This document shows, one piece after another, positions 11,069-20,637 of a DNA stretch of 64,000 bases. Position 1 is the first letter of the stretch; each line of letters opens with the position of its first letter. This stretch comes from Longimicrobiales bacterium (lineage in GTDB: Bacteria > Gemmatimonadota > Gemmatimonadetes > Longimicrobiales > Gaopeijiaceae): positions 2,304,001 to 2,368,000 of the forward strand of contig OZ220732.1 in assembly GCA_965116905.1 (NCBI GenBank). Reading direction: 5' to 3'. The notes under the pieces are model-generated. The model ran no database searches, was not told where the DNA came from, and worked only from the letters and a program-made list of their open reading frames with translations. A program made the translations under genes and the position numbers.

Positions 11069-12525
11069 CGCCCGATGTCGTCACCCCCGGCGGTGATGAC
11101 GAATTCGACCCTGCGGTTCTCGGCCCAGGACTCTTCGTCCGTACCGGGAACGCGCGGCCTGTCCTCGCCGAAGTACTCCACGGTGAAACGGGCCGCGTCA
11201 ATTCCGAGTCCGGCCAGGACCTCGAGCACCGCTTCGGCTCGCAGTCTGGACAGCTCCATGTTGTATACCGGATCCCCGCGTTCGTCCGCGTGGCCTTCGA
11301 TCCGGATCTGGACTCCCGGATTGTCGCGCAGGATCCCCGCCTTGGCACGCAGCCTCGCCTGCGCCTCGTCGCTGACCGCCGCGTCGTCGTACTCGAAGTA
11401 GACCATCTCCTGGAGGGTGCGGCGGGCGGCCATGGCGCGGCGCTCCCGCTCCCTCTCGGCCGCTTCTCTCTCGGCCGCGAGGCGACGCTCCTCTTCCGCC
11501 TGTGCCCTGCGGATCGAGTCCTGGCGCATCCGTTCCAACTCCTCCGCCGACGGGCCGGGATCTGCCGGCGGGGGCGGTGGCGGCGGGGGCGGCGGTGGCT
11601 CGTCGCCGCAGAGTCCCATCCGTCCGGGGCACAGGGCAAACGAAGCCAGCACGCCGAGCTTCCTGGTCCGGAACGTGGTGTGGCTGTCGCCCGCCAGGCT
11701 CAGCGAGAAGGCCCCCACGCGAACCCCGCTGAAGTCCATTTGCACCCCGGCGTTGAGGTCGAATCCATTGAACTCGGCCATCAGGTTCAAGCCCCGCCCC
11801 CCAGCCATGCCGACATGTATCGTCGATCCGGCGAACAGGCCGCCGGAGCCCCTCTGCGCGTAGAAGTCGAGGTCACCGCCCGCCGAGAAAAGGCCCGCGC
11901 CCCAGCCGAGAGTCAGGCTGACGAAGCTCGCGTCGGAGGTGGGCAATATGGCCGTTCCGACCGCGTACGGACTCAGGTTGCTGTTGAATTCGTCCCCCTG
12001 TCCCTGGGCCTGGCGAGTGCGGTAGTCCGGGTGGCCGAACCTGGGGGGCTGCAGGTCATCTACCCAGCCGGCCCCGAAGGACGGTGACGACAGGTACCGG
12101 GCCCCAACCGCGAGCTTCACGTTTTCGGAGGTCGAGGGCAGAAGCGAGATGCGGCCGAACGCTCCCAGGATGTTGCCGCCGTTCGCCTCGTCGTCGAAGT
12201 GCTGAATCGTGGTGCCCACCTCCACGCGGTCGAAGAGCCCGAGCGTGAAGGACATGTCGGACAGCCACTTGTTGTAGGCGTCGCCCCTGCGCCGCACCTC
12301 GCCGTTTCGCCTCAGCAGCAGCGTCTGGTCGATGTTGATCCCGAATCCCGAGTACGTTGCGACGAACGTTGAGTGTGGCAGGACTGTCGCGACCGGGACG
12401 TCCAATATGCCGGAACCGTACCGGAGGGTGCTGGGCATCTGCGTGGTCTGTGCCGAGCCATCCGGCGCTACGACGAAGAATGCCGCAAGAGCGAATGCGC
12501 CAACGCGAAATCTGACCGGATTCAT
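11065..12525 (-). CDS. OmpA-family protein, copy 1 (signal peptide, putative beta-barrel, poly-Pro linker, coiled coil, OmpA/Pal C-terminal domain)
   Basis: C-terminal VYFEYD...IEGHADERG...YNMELSRLRA...NRRVEF peptidoglycan-binding motif. Confidence 0.9.
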   Translation of the reverse strand: MNPVRFRVGAFALAAFFVVAPDGSAQTTQMPSTLRYGSGILDVPVATVLPHSTFVATYSGFGINIDQTLLLRRNGEVRRRGDAYNKWLSDMSFTLGLFDRVEVGTTIQHFDDEANGGNILGAFGRISLLPSTSENVKLAVGARYLSSPSFGAGWVDDLQPPRFGHPDYRTRQAQGQGDEFNSNLSPYAVGTAILPTSDASFVSLTLGWGAGLFSAGGDLDFYAQRGSGGLFAGSTIHVGMAGGRGLNLMAEFNGFDLNAGVQMDFSGVRVGAFSLSLAGDSHTTFRTRKLGVLASFALCPGRMGLCGDEPPPPPPPPPPPADPGPSAEELERMRQDSIRRAQAEEERRLAAEREAAERERERRAMAARRTLQEMVYFEYDDAAVSDEAQARLRAKAGILRDNPGVQIRIEGHADERGDPVYNMELSRLRAEAVLEVLAGLGIDAARFTVEYFGEDRPRVPGTDEESWAENRRVEFVITAGGDDIGR

Positions 12526-12629
12526 AAGTGTCTACCCCGTGGTGGGAAGGTGAAAACAGCCACACTAAAGCTACCGCTGGCCGGCACACAATGGAAGACG
12601 CTGCGCCGCAACGGGTTGCCCGTGCCCGC

Positions 12630-12750
12630 TGCCAGCAGATCGCCAAGGGACACGGAGGACGGCTGACGCTGCGGAATCGCAATCCCGGGGGTGCGGTGGC
12701 GATCCTGGCCCTGCCGCTGGAGATGCGGCCGGCCTCTCGTCACCGACTAG
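12630..12750 (+). pseudogene. Remnant of the histidine kinase 3' end
   Basis: Encodes CQQIAKGHGGRLTLRNRNPGGAVAILALPLEMR versus CQQIAEGHGGHLALRNREPRGAVAILSLPLETR in the intact kinase. Confidence 0.85.
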
Positions 12751-14216
12751 CGTCCGATGTCGTCGCCTCCGGCGGTAATGACGAACTCGACCCTGCGATT
12801 CTGCGCCCAGGACTGCTCGTCCCTGCCCGGAACGCGCGGCCGGTCCTCGCCGAAGTACTCCACGGTGAAACGGGCCACATCGAGTCCGAGTCCGGCGAGG
12901 AACTCGAGCACCGCTTCGGCGCGCCGCCTCGACAGATCCATGTTGTACACGGGGTCCCCGCGTTCATCGGCGTGGCCTTCGATCCGGATCCGTACTCCCG
13001 GATTGTCGCGCAGGATTGTGGCCTTGATCCGCAGCCTCTCCTGGGCTCCTTCGCCGACCGCCGCGTCGTCGAACTCGAAGTAGACCATCTCCTGCAGGGT
13101 GCGGCGGACGCGTATCGCGCGGCGCTCCCGCTCGGCCCGCTCCCGCTCGGCCTGCTCCCGCTCGGCCGCGAGGCGACGCTCCTCTTCCGCCTGTGCCCTG
13201 CGGATCGAGTCCTGGCGCATCCGCTCCAATTCCTCCGCCGACGGCCCGGGATCGGGCGGCGGGGGAGGCGGTGGCGGGGGAGGCGGTGGCTCGTCGCCGC
13301 AGAGTCCCATCCGTCCCGGACACAGGGCAAACGAGGCAAGCACCCCGATCTTCCTCGTCCGGAACGTGGTGTGGCCATCGCCGCTCAGGCTCAGCGAGAA
13401 GGCCCCCACGCGGACCCCGCTGAAGTCCATTTGAACCCCGGCGTTGACGTCGAATCCATCGAACTCGGCCATCAGGTTCAGACCCCGCCCGCCCCCCATG
13501 CCGAGATGGATCGTCGATCCGGCGAACAGGCCGCCGGAACTCCGCTGTGCGTAGAAATCAAGGTCGCCGCCCGCCGAGAAAAGGCCGGCTCCCCAGCCCA
13601 GGGTAAGGCTGATGAAGCTCGCGTCGGAGGCGGGCAATGTGGCCGTGCCGACCACGTAGGGGCTCAGGTTGCTGTTGAACTCGTCGCCCTGCCCCTGGGC
13701 CTGACGCGTGCGGTAGTCCGGATGCCCGAACCGGGGCGGTTGCAGGTCATCGACCCAGCGCGCGCCGAACGAGGGTGACGAAAGGTACCGGGCCCCCACC
13801 GCGAGGCTGAGATTCTCGAGCGTCGAAGGCAGAAGGGAGATGCGGCCGAAGCCGCCGAGGATGTTGCCGCCGTTCGTCTCGTCGTCGAAATGCTGAATCG
13901 TGGTCCCCACCTCCACACGGTCGAAGAGTCCAAGCGTGAAGGACACGTCGGACACCCATTTGTTGTAGGGTCCCCCCCTGCGCCTCACCTCTCCGTTCCG
14001 CCTCAGCAACAGCGTCTGGTCAATGTTGATGCCGAAGCCCGAGTACGTTGCGACGAACGTCGCGTGGGGCAGAACGGTCGCGACCGGAATGTCCAGAATC
14101 CCGGAACCATACCGGAGGGTACTGGGCATCTTCGTGGTCTGCGCCGAGCCCTCCGGAGCCACGAGAAAGAAAGCCACAAGAGCGAATGCGCCAAGGCGGA
14201 ATCTGACCGGATTCAT
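12747..14216 (-). CDS. OmpA-family protein, copy 2 (paralog of 11065-12525)
   Basis: Same architecture, starts MNPVRFRLGAF, has IEGHADERG and NRRVEF; 3-aa longer coiled coil. Confidence 0.9.
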   Translation of the reverse strand: MNPVRFRLGAFALVAFFLVAPEGSAQTTKMPSTLRYGSGILDIPVATVLPHATFVATYSGFGINIDQTLLLRRNGEVRRRGGPYNKWVSDVSFTLGLFDRVEVGTTIQHFDDETNGGNILGGFGRISLLPSTLENLSLAVGARYLSSPSFGARWVDDLQPPRFGHPDYRTRQAQGQGDEFNSNLSPYVVGTATLPASDASFISLTLGWGAGLFSAGGDLDFYAQRSSGGLFAGSTIHLGMGGGRGLNLMAEFDGFDVNAGVQMDFSGVRVGAFSLSLSGDGHTTFRTRKIGVLASFALCPGRMGLCGDEPPPPPPPPPPPPDPGPSAEELERMRQDSIRRAQAEEERRLAAEREQAERERAERERRAIRVRRTLQEMVYFEFDDAAVGEGAQERLRIKATILRDNPGVRIRIEGHADERGDPVYNMDLSRRRAEAVLEFLAGLGLDVARFTVEYFGEDRPRVPGRDEQSWAQNRRVEFVITAGGDDIGR

Positions 14217-14396
14217 GGTGTCCAACCCGTGGTGGGAAGCCAAAAGCATTCACTTTCAAGCTACCGTGCGCGCTGTTCGGGACGCAATGAAAAACACCTC
14301 GTTTCCAGCGGATTGGGCCTGCCGGTTGCTCATGGCTCACAATCGGTCCGACTCGATCGCCCCCGATATCCTGTTGCCGCACCCGCCGGCCGCCGG

Positions 14397-15476
14397 TCAG
14401 CCGTGCCCGAGGGGCGCGAACGACTTCTGCCAGCCTACGGTCAGGAGCCAGTCGGTCTCGAGCTGCGGACCATTCAGGCGCTGATATGCGGGCACGTGCC
14501 ACTCCGCCGCGATGCGGTGGCCCCGGAGCGCACCGTCAGGGAAATGGATGTTGAGTCCCAGAGGGATGTCGACGCGGGTCCCGCCCCGGAGTTCCTCCCT
14601 GACGGTCGGCACCATCATGGGGTTGCCGTAGGCCAGGTCGTGCCCCGCGTAGTTCCCCCACCGCCGCAGCAGCAAGCGTGCCGACAGGCTCACGCGTTTT
14701 GCGGGCCTCACGGCGAACCAGCCGGTCAGGTCCGAGGCATGACCCTTGCGATAGCCGCGGCTGTTCTCGCCGAGCCGGAGAGTGCCCAGCGCCTGCAGTC
14801 CCCACGACGTTCGTTCCCTCATGCCCAGCACGGTGATGCCGGGCATGACGTCCCATGTTCCCGAGCCGAGTTGCATGGGGTAGGGCATTTGCACGGCCCG
14901 GCCCATGCTCATGGGGTTCGCGCCGGTCTCCTCGATGGATCCGGTCGGAAGTCCGACACCGGCGTTCAGATGGACCCGGATCGAGCCGGCCCGTTTGACG
15001 CCGATGAGGGCGCCGATCGAAGCGTCGCCAAGCCCGGATGAGGCGGCCCTGAAGTTGCCCCCCGCGCGGGTGACGTGGTTCATGGACTGGTGGACCCAGT
15101 GGGCCATTGCCATCAGGGTGACGATGTTGCTGGGGGCGTACATGAGTCCGGCCATGTGCATCGTCATGGTCATGTCGAGGGGGGCGACCATGAACGAGGC
15201 GTGGACATCGGAGGGCTGGACCCGGTCCGTGCCGTCGCGGTTTCCGTCCATGGCCATGCGCATGAAGCGGTAGGAGAGCATGAATTCGCCATGCTCGTGG
15301 GTGTGCTCGCCCATCACTCCGATGGGGGCGTGTCCGTCGGGCCGGGACGAGGTCCATTCGTACTGGGCGTCAAGGGGGGCAATGATGGCTGAGACCGCGG
15401 CCAGGAACGTGGCGACGGTCGCGGCGATCGTGGTCGAGGGCACTCTGAGTGCATGGGTGCGTATTTCGATATGCAT
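14397..15476 (-). CDS. Met/His-rich outer-membrane beta-barrel (putative MetA-pathway/SphA-like 'transporter' family), probable metal uptake
   Basis: Signal peptide, RPDGHAPIGVMGEHTHEHGEFMLSYRFM, MTMTMHMAGLMYAP, GLGD, LPTGS, PYPMQLGSGT; ends VGWQKSF. Confidence 0.75.
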   Translation of the reverse strand: MHIEIRTHALRVPSTTIAATVATFLAAVSAIIAPLDAQYEWTSSRPDGHAPIGVMGEHTHEHGEFMLSYRFMRMAMDGNRDGTDRVQPSDVHASFMVAPLDMTMTMHMAGLMYAPSNIVTLMAMAHWVHQSMNHVTRAGGNFRAASSGLGDASIGALIGVKRAGSIRVHLNAGVGLPTGSIEETGANPMSMGRAVQMPYPMQLGSGTWDVMPGITVLGMRERTSWGLQALGTLRLGENSRGYRKGHASDLTGWFAVRPAKRVSLSARLLLRRWGNYAGHDLAYGNPMMVPTVREELRGGTRVDIPLGLNIHFPDGALRGHRIAAEWHVPAYQRLNGPQLETDWLLTVGWQKSFAPLGHG

Positions 15477-15660
15477 ATTGCGTCCTTTTGTATGCTGTAC
15501 ATCACATCAAGGATGATGAGGGGTCCGCGCCGTGATGGGCTGGCAGAGCCGGGCCGCGGAGTCGCGGTCGCATCCGAATCCATCGTGCGGCGAATCGTGC
15601 GGCGCATCGGGCGGCGGACCGCCGATGAAGATTCCGCGCGTCGGGCCGAACGGCCCGGAT

Positions 15661-16125
15661 TCAGGAAAGAGGCGGCCCGTTGGCGAAGGGAAGCGTGTAG
15701 GGCGCGCGGCCGAATGGAAGCCGCGGCGACGCGCTCCGCACGGAGGGGGCGGCAACGAGGGGTTGCGACGCCAGCTTGACCCCGTCGGTGGCAGGCAAGG
15801 CGGGGCCGGCAGGGACCGGGCACTTGCCCAGGCAGTCGCAGGGCGCGGGTGCGTGGGACGGTCCTCGGTCGGAGCCGTGGTCTTCCGCGAGATGCCTACC
15901 GTGGCCGGCTCCGTGCTGGCCGCCGTGGTGGCCGTGTGCGTCGGCGGCGCCGTCATGTCCGTGCGCGGCGTTGCCGTGGACGCCCGCCGATTGGGCGCCG
16001 TGGCCGCCCGGGCCCGTGTGGTGGGGGCAACCCGCGCCGGGAACCCAGGGGAAGGCGGACGGCGAGAGCGCCAGGACGACGAGCAGGCTGACGAGCTTTG
16101 TCCCCCGCCGCCGCGTCCGCCTCAT
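15661..16125 (-). CDS. His-rich DUF2946-like leader protein (CruR/CutF-like candidate)
   Basis: Basic N-terminus plus hydrophobic signal, CPHH, His/Gly tract, CDCLGKC, Pro-rich linker, terminal LPFANGPPLS; upstream of and co-oriented with the Met/His barrel. Confidence 0.7.
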   Translation of the reverse strand: MRRTRRRGTKLVSLLVVLALSPSAFPWVPGAGCPHHTGPGGHGAQSAGVHGNAAHGHDGAADAHGHHGGQHGAGHGRHLAEDHGSDRGPSHAPAPCDCLGKCPVPAGPALPATDGVKLASQPLVAAPSVRSASPRLPFGRAPYTLPFANGPPLS

Positions 16126-16333
16126 TCGCACGTTGCTCAAACCGTCGATTCAGGTTCCCAATCAGCCATTGGCAGGCCGACCTTCGTTGCCGAAGGATAA
16201 CACGGATCTCGTGATTCAGCGCGTTGGAGCCAATGGGCGCGCAGTGACGCCAGGGGCGCGTTCGGCGCATGACGCGTATATTTCAGGCATCCCCCCGTCT
16301 CTGACATCTGTAACCGCGTGGAGACCCCCTATC

Positions 16334-18742
16334 TTGCTCAACAAGTTGGCCATCCTCGCCGCGCTGGCCGTGGCGCCCGACCAGGAGATGGGTGCTGCCC
16401 GGCCTTCGCGAACCGAGGTCGCTCCCGATCGGCCGGTCGCCGCCACCTACAACGGTTTCGAGGGCCAGACGAACGTGGTGGCCCCCCGCATGACCGACCC
16501 CGGGATCGATGTCGACGGGCGGCTGGACGACCCTGCCTGGTCCGAGGCCGCTCTCCTGACCGGTTTCTCGCAGTACGACCCCTCCGAGGGGATACCAGGC
16601 ACCCAGAACACCGAGGTGCTGCTCCTGATTTCGCAGGACGCCATCTACTTCGGCGTGCGCGCGTTCGACGACAACCCCGGCCGCGTCCGGGCCACGCTCG
16701 GCGAACGCGACACCTTCTACCGCACCGACGACTACATCCAGTTCATCCTCGACACCTTCGACGATCAGCGGCAGGCGTACTCGATCGTGGTGAACCCGCT
16801 GGGTGTGCAGCAGGACGGCCTCTGGATCGAGGGCAGGGTGGGGCGGTTCGGACGCAACTTCGGTCCCCCGATCGACTGGAATCCGGATTTCGTCTGGGAC
16901 TCCGAGGGGCGGGTCGAGGACTGGGGGTACGCGGTCGAGGTCAGGATCCCGTTCAAGAGCATCCGCTTCCCCGAGGCCGCCGAACAGGCGTGGGGACTTC
17001 AGGTCTTCCGCAAGATCCAGCGGCTGGGATTCGACGAGTCGTGGGCGCCGGTTACCAAGGACGTGGCGAACAGGCTGACCCTTTCGGGTTCGCTAAGCGG
17101 GCTGCGCGACCTCGAACGCGGGATGTTCCTGGAGCTGAACCCGGTGCTCACCGGGACGCGCCAGGGGACCTATGACGCAGGCGCCGGTGCATTCACGCGG
17201 GAGCCGGTGAGCGGCGAATTCGGCTTCAACGCCAAGTACGGCCTTACTTCCAACCTTACGCTCGACGGGACGTACAACCCCGACTTCAGCCAGGTCGAGG
17301 CCGACGCCGGACAGATCGCGGTCAACGAGCGGTTCGCGCTGTTCTATGAAGAGAAGCGGCCGTTCTTCCTGGAGGGGACCGAGATCTTCACGATGCCGAA
17401 GAACCTCGTCTACACGCGCAGCATCATCAATCCGGTGGCGGGCGCGAAGCTGTCGGGAAAGGCGGGCAGCTTCCAGCTGGGGTATCTCGGCGCGGTCGAC
17501 GAGGTTGGCGATTCCGGTGAGCCTGCCGAGAGGCCCGTGGTGAACCTGCTGCGGGCGCGGCGGGACCTGGGCAGCGCGTCCACGCTGGGCATGGTGTACA
17601 CCGACCGCACCACCAACAGCGACCAGTACAATCGCGTGCTCGGCATCGACGGCCGCTTCGTGATGGCGAGGCGTTACACCCTGACGCTGATCGGAGCGGG
17701 GAGCCGCACCGCGACGGTCGGATCCGGTCCCGAGACGGGGAGCTACTTGTCGCTGCAACTCGAACGCGCGAGCCCCACGCTCACCTTCAACCTCGACCTC
17801 GAGGACGTGGCCCACGGCTTCGACGCGGGCAGCGGACTGATTCCCCGTGTGGGTGATACGCGCCTGCAGTCGCGGCTCGAATACAACTTCCGGGGCGAGC
17901 CGGGCGCGCTCGTGGAGCAGTTCCGCCCGGGGTTCGACGCCAGCGCGTTCTGGGACCACGACTCGTTCTGGCGGCGCGAGGTGTTCGAAGAGGCCGAGCT
18001 CCGCTACGGAGTCACGACCTCGTTCCGCAACAACATCACCGTGCTGCTGGCCGCCACCGCCCGGCGCTACGACTTCCGCGCCGCCGACTACGACGGGCTG
18101 TTCGTCGATGGCGGCGGGGGCGGTGAGGTCCCCTTTGTTGCCGACCAGGACCCGTTCGGACTGCTGCACGGCGTTGGCGGGTTCTTCTGGGTGAACAGCT
18201 GGGACGTGCTGCGGGGGCGCGTGCGCTGGGGCTATAGCCAGGACGCGGTGTTCGACCTTCGCTACGGGGTGCCGATCGAGGTGGGCCGCGGGTGGGACGC
18301 CGACATCGCGGTCTACGCATACCCCACGCGCCATCTGTCGGCCGAACTCGGGTTCCGCTACCAGAGCCTGGTGCGCGAGCGTGACGGCACGCGGGCGCTG
18401 GAGGCCGTGATCCCGCGCATCAAGACCCAGTACCAGTTCAACCGGGCGCTCTTCCTGCGCGCGATCGTGGAGTACGGGGCGCAGATGCGCCGCGACCTCG
18501 TCGATCCGGCCACCGGGCGTCCGCTGCTCGGTTGCGGCTCGAGCGGTTGTTCGCTCCGGGGCGGCACCGACGCGAACGACTTCCAGGTCGAGACGCTGCT
18601 CAGCTACGAGCCCACCCCCGGCACCGTGTTCTTCGTGGGCTACTCACGGCAGATGGAGGACACCGGGCGGTTGCGCTTCCGCGACGTGCGGCCGACCGCG
18701 GACGGGCTGTTCGCGAAGGTCAGCTATCGTTTCAGGCGGTAG
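16334..18742 (+). CDS. DUF5916-type outer-membrane protein with N-terminal CBM9-like domain
   Basis: IDVDGRLDDPAW, LDTFDD, EVRIPFKSIRF, TYNPDFSQVEAD, EKRPFFLEG, ends FAKVSYRF. TTG start with GGAGA upstream. Confidence 0.85.
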   Translation: MLNKLAILAALAVAPDQEMGAARPSRTEVAPDRPVAATYNGFEGQTNVVAPRMTDPGIDVDGRLDDPAWSEAALLTGFSQYDPSEGIPGTQNTEVLLLISQDAIYFGVRAFDDNPGRVRATLGERDTFYRTDDYIQFILDTFDDQRQAYSIVVNPLGVQQDGLWIEGRVGRFGRNFGPPIDWNPDFVWDSEGRVEDWGYAVEVRIPFKSIRFPEAAEQAWGLQVFRKIQRLGFDESWAPVTKDVANRLTLSGSLSGLRDLERGMFLELNPVLTGTRQGTYDAGAGAFTREPVSGEFGFNAKYGLTSNLTLDGTYNPDFSQVEADAGQIAVNERFALFYEEKRPFFLEGTEIFTMPKNLVYTRSIINPVAGAKLSGKAGSFQLGYLGAVDEVGDSGEPAERPVVNLLRARRDLGSASTLGMVYTDRTTNSDQYNRVLGIDGRFVMARRYTLTLIGAGSRTATVGSGPETGSYLSLQLERASPTLTFNLDLEDVAHGFDAGSGLIPRVGDTRLQSRLEYNFRGEPGALVEQFRPGFDASAFWDHDSFWRREVFEEAELRYGVTTSFRNNITVLLAATARRYDFRAADYDGLFVDGGGGGEVPFVADQDPFGLLHGVGGFFWVNSWDVLRGRVRWGYSQDAVFDLRYGVPIEVGRGWDADIAVYAYPTRHLSAELGFRYQSLVRERDGTRALEAVIPRIKTQYQFNRALFLRAIVEYGAQMRRDLVDPATGRPLLGCGSSGCSLRGGTDANDFQVETLLSYEPTPGTVFFVGYSRQMEDTGRLRFRDVRPTADGLFAKVSYRFRR

Positions 18743-18745
18743 CCG

Positions 18746-19318
18746 ATGACGCTGGACATCCTCGGCAACCTCGGCGAATTCGTCGGTGCCATCGGCGTCG
18801 TGCTGTCGCTGCTGCTCGTGGCGCGCCAGATGAAGCGCGGCGTCGAACAGACCAGCCGCAATACCAGGCGCGTGCGCGCCGCTGCGTTCAACTCGATGGT
18901 CGAGAACAGCATCCGCCTGCTCGAACACGTCTTCCGCGACAGCGAGCTGGCCAATTTCCTCGCGCGGGCCGCCGACGATCCGGAGGCGCTGACGCCCGGA
19001 GAGCGGTTGCGCTGGGACTCCTACATGACCGCGATCTTCCGCCACTTCGGCAACCTGCTGTACCAATGGGAGACCGGGGCGATGGAGGACAAGATATGGG
19101 AATCCTACCGTCGCTCCTTCAAGGATCATCTGGAGGAGGAGTCCTGGATGAGCTGGTATCTCGACCGCCCGCACCTCTTCGACCAGCGCCTCGCGGACGA
19201 GGTGCGCGGCATCCTGGAGGACCTGGCGAAGGAAGGCGTGCCGCACGCGGTGGCGTGGAAGGAGGGTGGGGGCCGCATCGGATTCAAGGCTTCGCTGGGT
19301 AGCGTGACGAAGGGCTGA
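18746..19318 (+). CDS. Hypothetical protein with N-terminal TM helix
   Basis: LGNLGEFVGAIGVVLSLLLVARQ anchor then helical domain; coding-like codon usage; follows the upstream stop by 3 bp. Confidence 0.7.
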   Translation: MTLDILGNLGEFVGAIGVVLSLLLVARQMKRGVEQTSRNTRRVRAAAFNSMVENSIRLLEHVFRDSELANFLARAADDPEALTPGERLRWDSYMTAIFRHFGNLLYQWETGAMEDKIWESYRRSFKDHLEEESWMSWYLDRPHLFDQRLADEVRGILEDLAKEGVPHAVAWKEGGGRIGFKASLGSVTKG

Positions 19319-19432
19319 GCGCCTCGAGCCAGCGACGTAAAGCCCCATTCCTCGCAGGTTTGGAGCGGACTTGACCTCAGGCGATTAGATTCCTAGCGGT
19401 TTTGGGGGAGATCTGGAACCCGGTTTGAGGCG

Positions 19433-20629
19433 ATGCCATTGGGAGCGACACAGGAAAAGGCGATCCGAGTCCCCGACGCGTACATGCCGGGATACCTGGC
19501 GGCGCGCGAGCAGCATCCCGAACTCGCGGAAGCCTACATCCGCTACACCACGGTGGGCGATCCGCTGGCGGATGCCGTCGTCGAGGATTTGTCGGATCTC
19601 CCGCCCAACGAGGTCCACGCAGTCCTTTCGAGGGCGCTGGACGACCCTGCGGAACTGGATGGTGCTCCCGATTCGCTCAAGGCGTTCATCGGCGAGGCCA
19701 ACGACATCCCGGACTGGTTTGACAGCGGCCGCGCCAGGGTCGCCTCGCGGGCCTTTCTGCGCAATTCGGACATCGTGCTGGCCGCCCTGGTGGGTGGAAG
19801 CATCGTAGAGGGGTTTGCGACCCTGATCAGCAAGTCCTTCCGGATTCGGGGCCGGGTCACGCAGTCCGGTGTCCGCCGCCTGAAACAGAACGGCATGCAG
19901 CTCGTCGAGCAGTACCTGCCCGGCGGCATGGATCCCGGGGGCGACGGATGGAGGCTGACGCTCAGGGTGCGGCTGGTGCACGCCCAGTCCAGACGCCTTC
20001 TGGACCAGTCGGATGAGTGGAATCACGAGAAATACGGCACGCCGCTGAGCGCCGCCCACATACTGCTCGCCGGCGCCGCCTTCTCCGGCCGGCTCATGCA
20101 GCATACCGCCGCGCTTGGAGGCGACTTCACCCAGGAGGAACGCGACGCGTACGTCCACGTCTGGAAGTACACGGGGCTGCTCATCGGCATTCCCGAGCCG
20201 CTTCTCTTCGAAGATGAAGCCTCGGCCGTGCTCGCCTTCAAGGTGGGCGCGATGTGCGAGCCTCCGGCCGACTACGACGCGATCATCATGGCCAACAGCA
20301 TCGTGAACAGCGCACCCGTGATCGTGGGCATCACCGATCCGGCCGAGCGAAGGAAGACGGCCCGGGTCATCACCCAGGCCTGCCGGGAGCTCATCGGCAA
20401 TGAACTGGCCGACACGTTCCTGTTCCCCACGCGCCGCCGGAAGGTGCTGCCGTGGATGCGGTTCAAGAATCGGAGCCGCCGGGTCGTCCGGAAGACGCTG
20501 CCCTGGTTGGCGAAGAAGCAGGATCTGGCCCGTTTCGAATACCTCATGAATTTCGCGAGCCTGGACAAGATGGCGTACTCGTACAAGCTCCCCACGACCC
20601 TCTACGACGAAGACTCCCAGGACTGGTAG
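19433..20629 (+). CDS. Oxygenase MpaB / DUF2236 (Lcp-like heme protein) family
   Basis: GDPLADAVV, PDWFD, RVRLVHAQSR (RLxHA heme motif), GTPLS, HVWKYTGLLIGIPE. Confidence 0.8.
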   Translation: MPLGATQEKAIRVPDAYMPGYLAAREQHPELAEAYIRYTTVGDPLADAVVEDLSDLPPNEVHAVLSRALDDPAELDGAPDSLKAFIGEANDIPDWFDSGRARVASRAFLRNSDIVLAALVGGSIVEGFATLISKSFRIRGRVTQSGVRRLKQNGMQLVEQYLPGGMDPGGDGWRLTLRVRLVHAQSRRLLDQSDEWNHEKYGTPLSAAHILLAGAAFSGRLMQHTAALGGDFTQEERDAYVHVWKYTGLLIGIPEPLLFEDEASAVLAFKVGAMCEPPADYDAIIMANSIVNSAPVIVGITDPAERRKTARVITQACRELIGNELADTFLFPTRRRKVLPWMRFKNRSRRVVRKTLPWLAKKQDLARFEYLMNFASLDKMAYSYKLPTTLYDEDSQDW

Positions 20630-20637
20630 CCACGGGT

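Larger units (their letters stand above)
10931..14266. repeat. Tandem duplication of about 1.65 kb (copy 1 about 10931-12576, copy 2 about 12630-14266)
   Basis: Both copies contain the HK 3' end, an OmpA gene and a conserved upstream block (CCCGTGGTGGGAAG...AAGCTACCG). Confidence 0.9.

Noticed and set aside
8250..14400. Sigma54 (-24/-12) promoter targets near the NtrC-type regulator
   Set aside because: No convincing TGGCAC-N5-TTGC seen upstream of the neighbouring OmpA genes.
15776..16333. 186-aa N-terminal extension of the DUF5916 ORF (likewise the 49972-50718 and 9407-9628 extensions)
   Set aside because: They overlap better-supported genes or intergenic DNA; downstream starts have RBS or coupling support.
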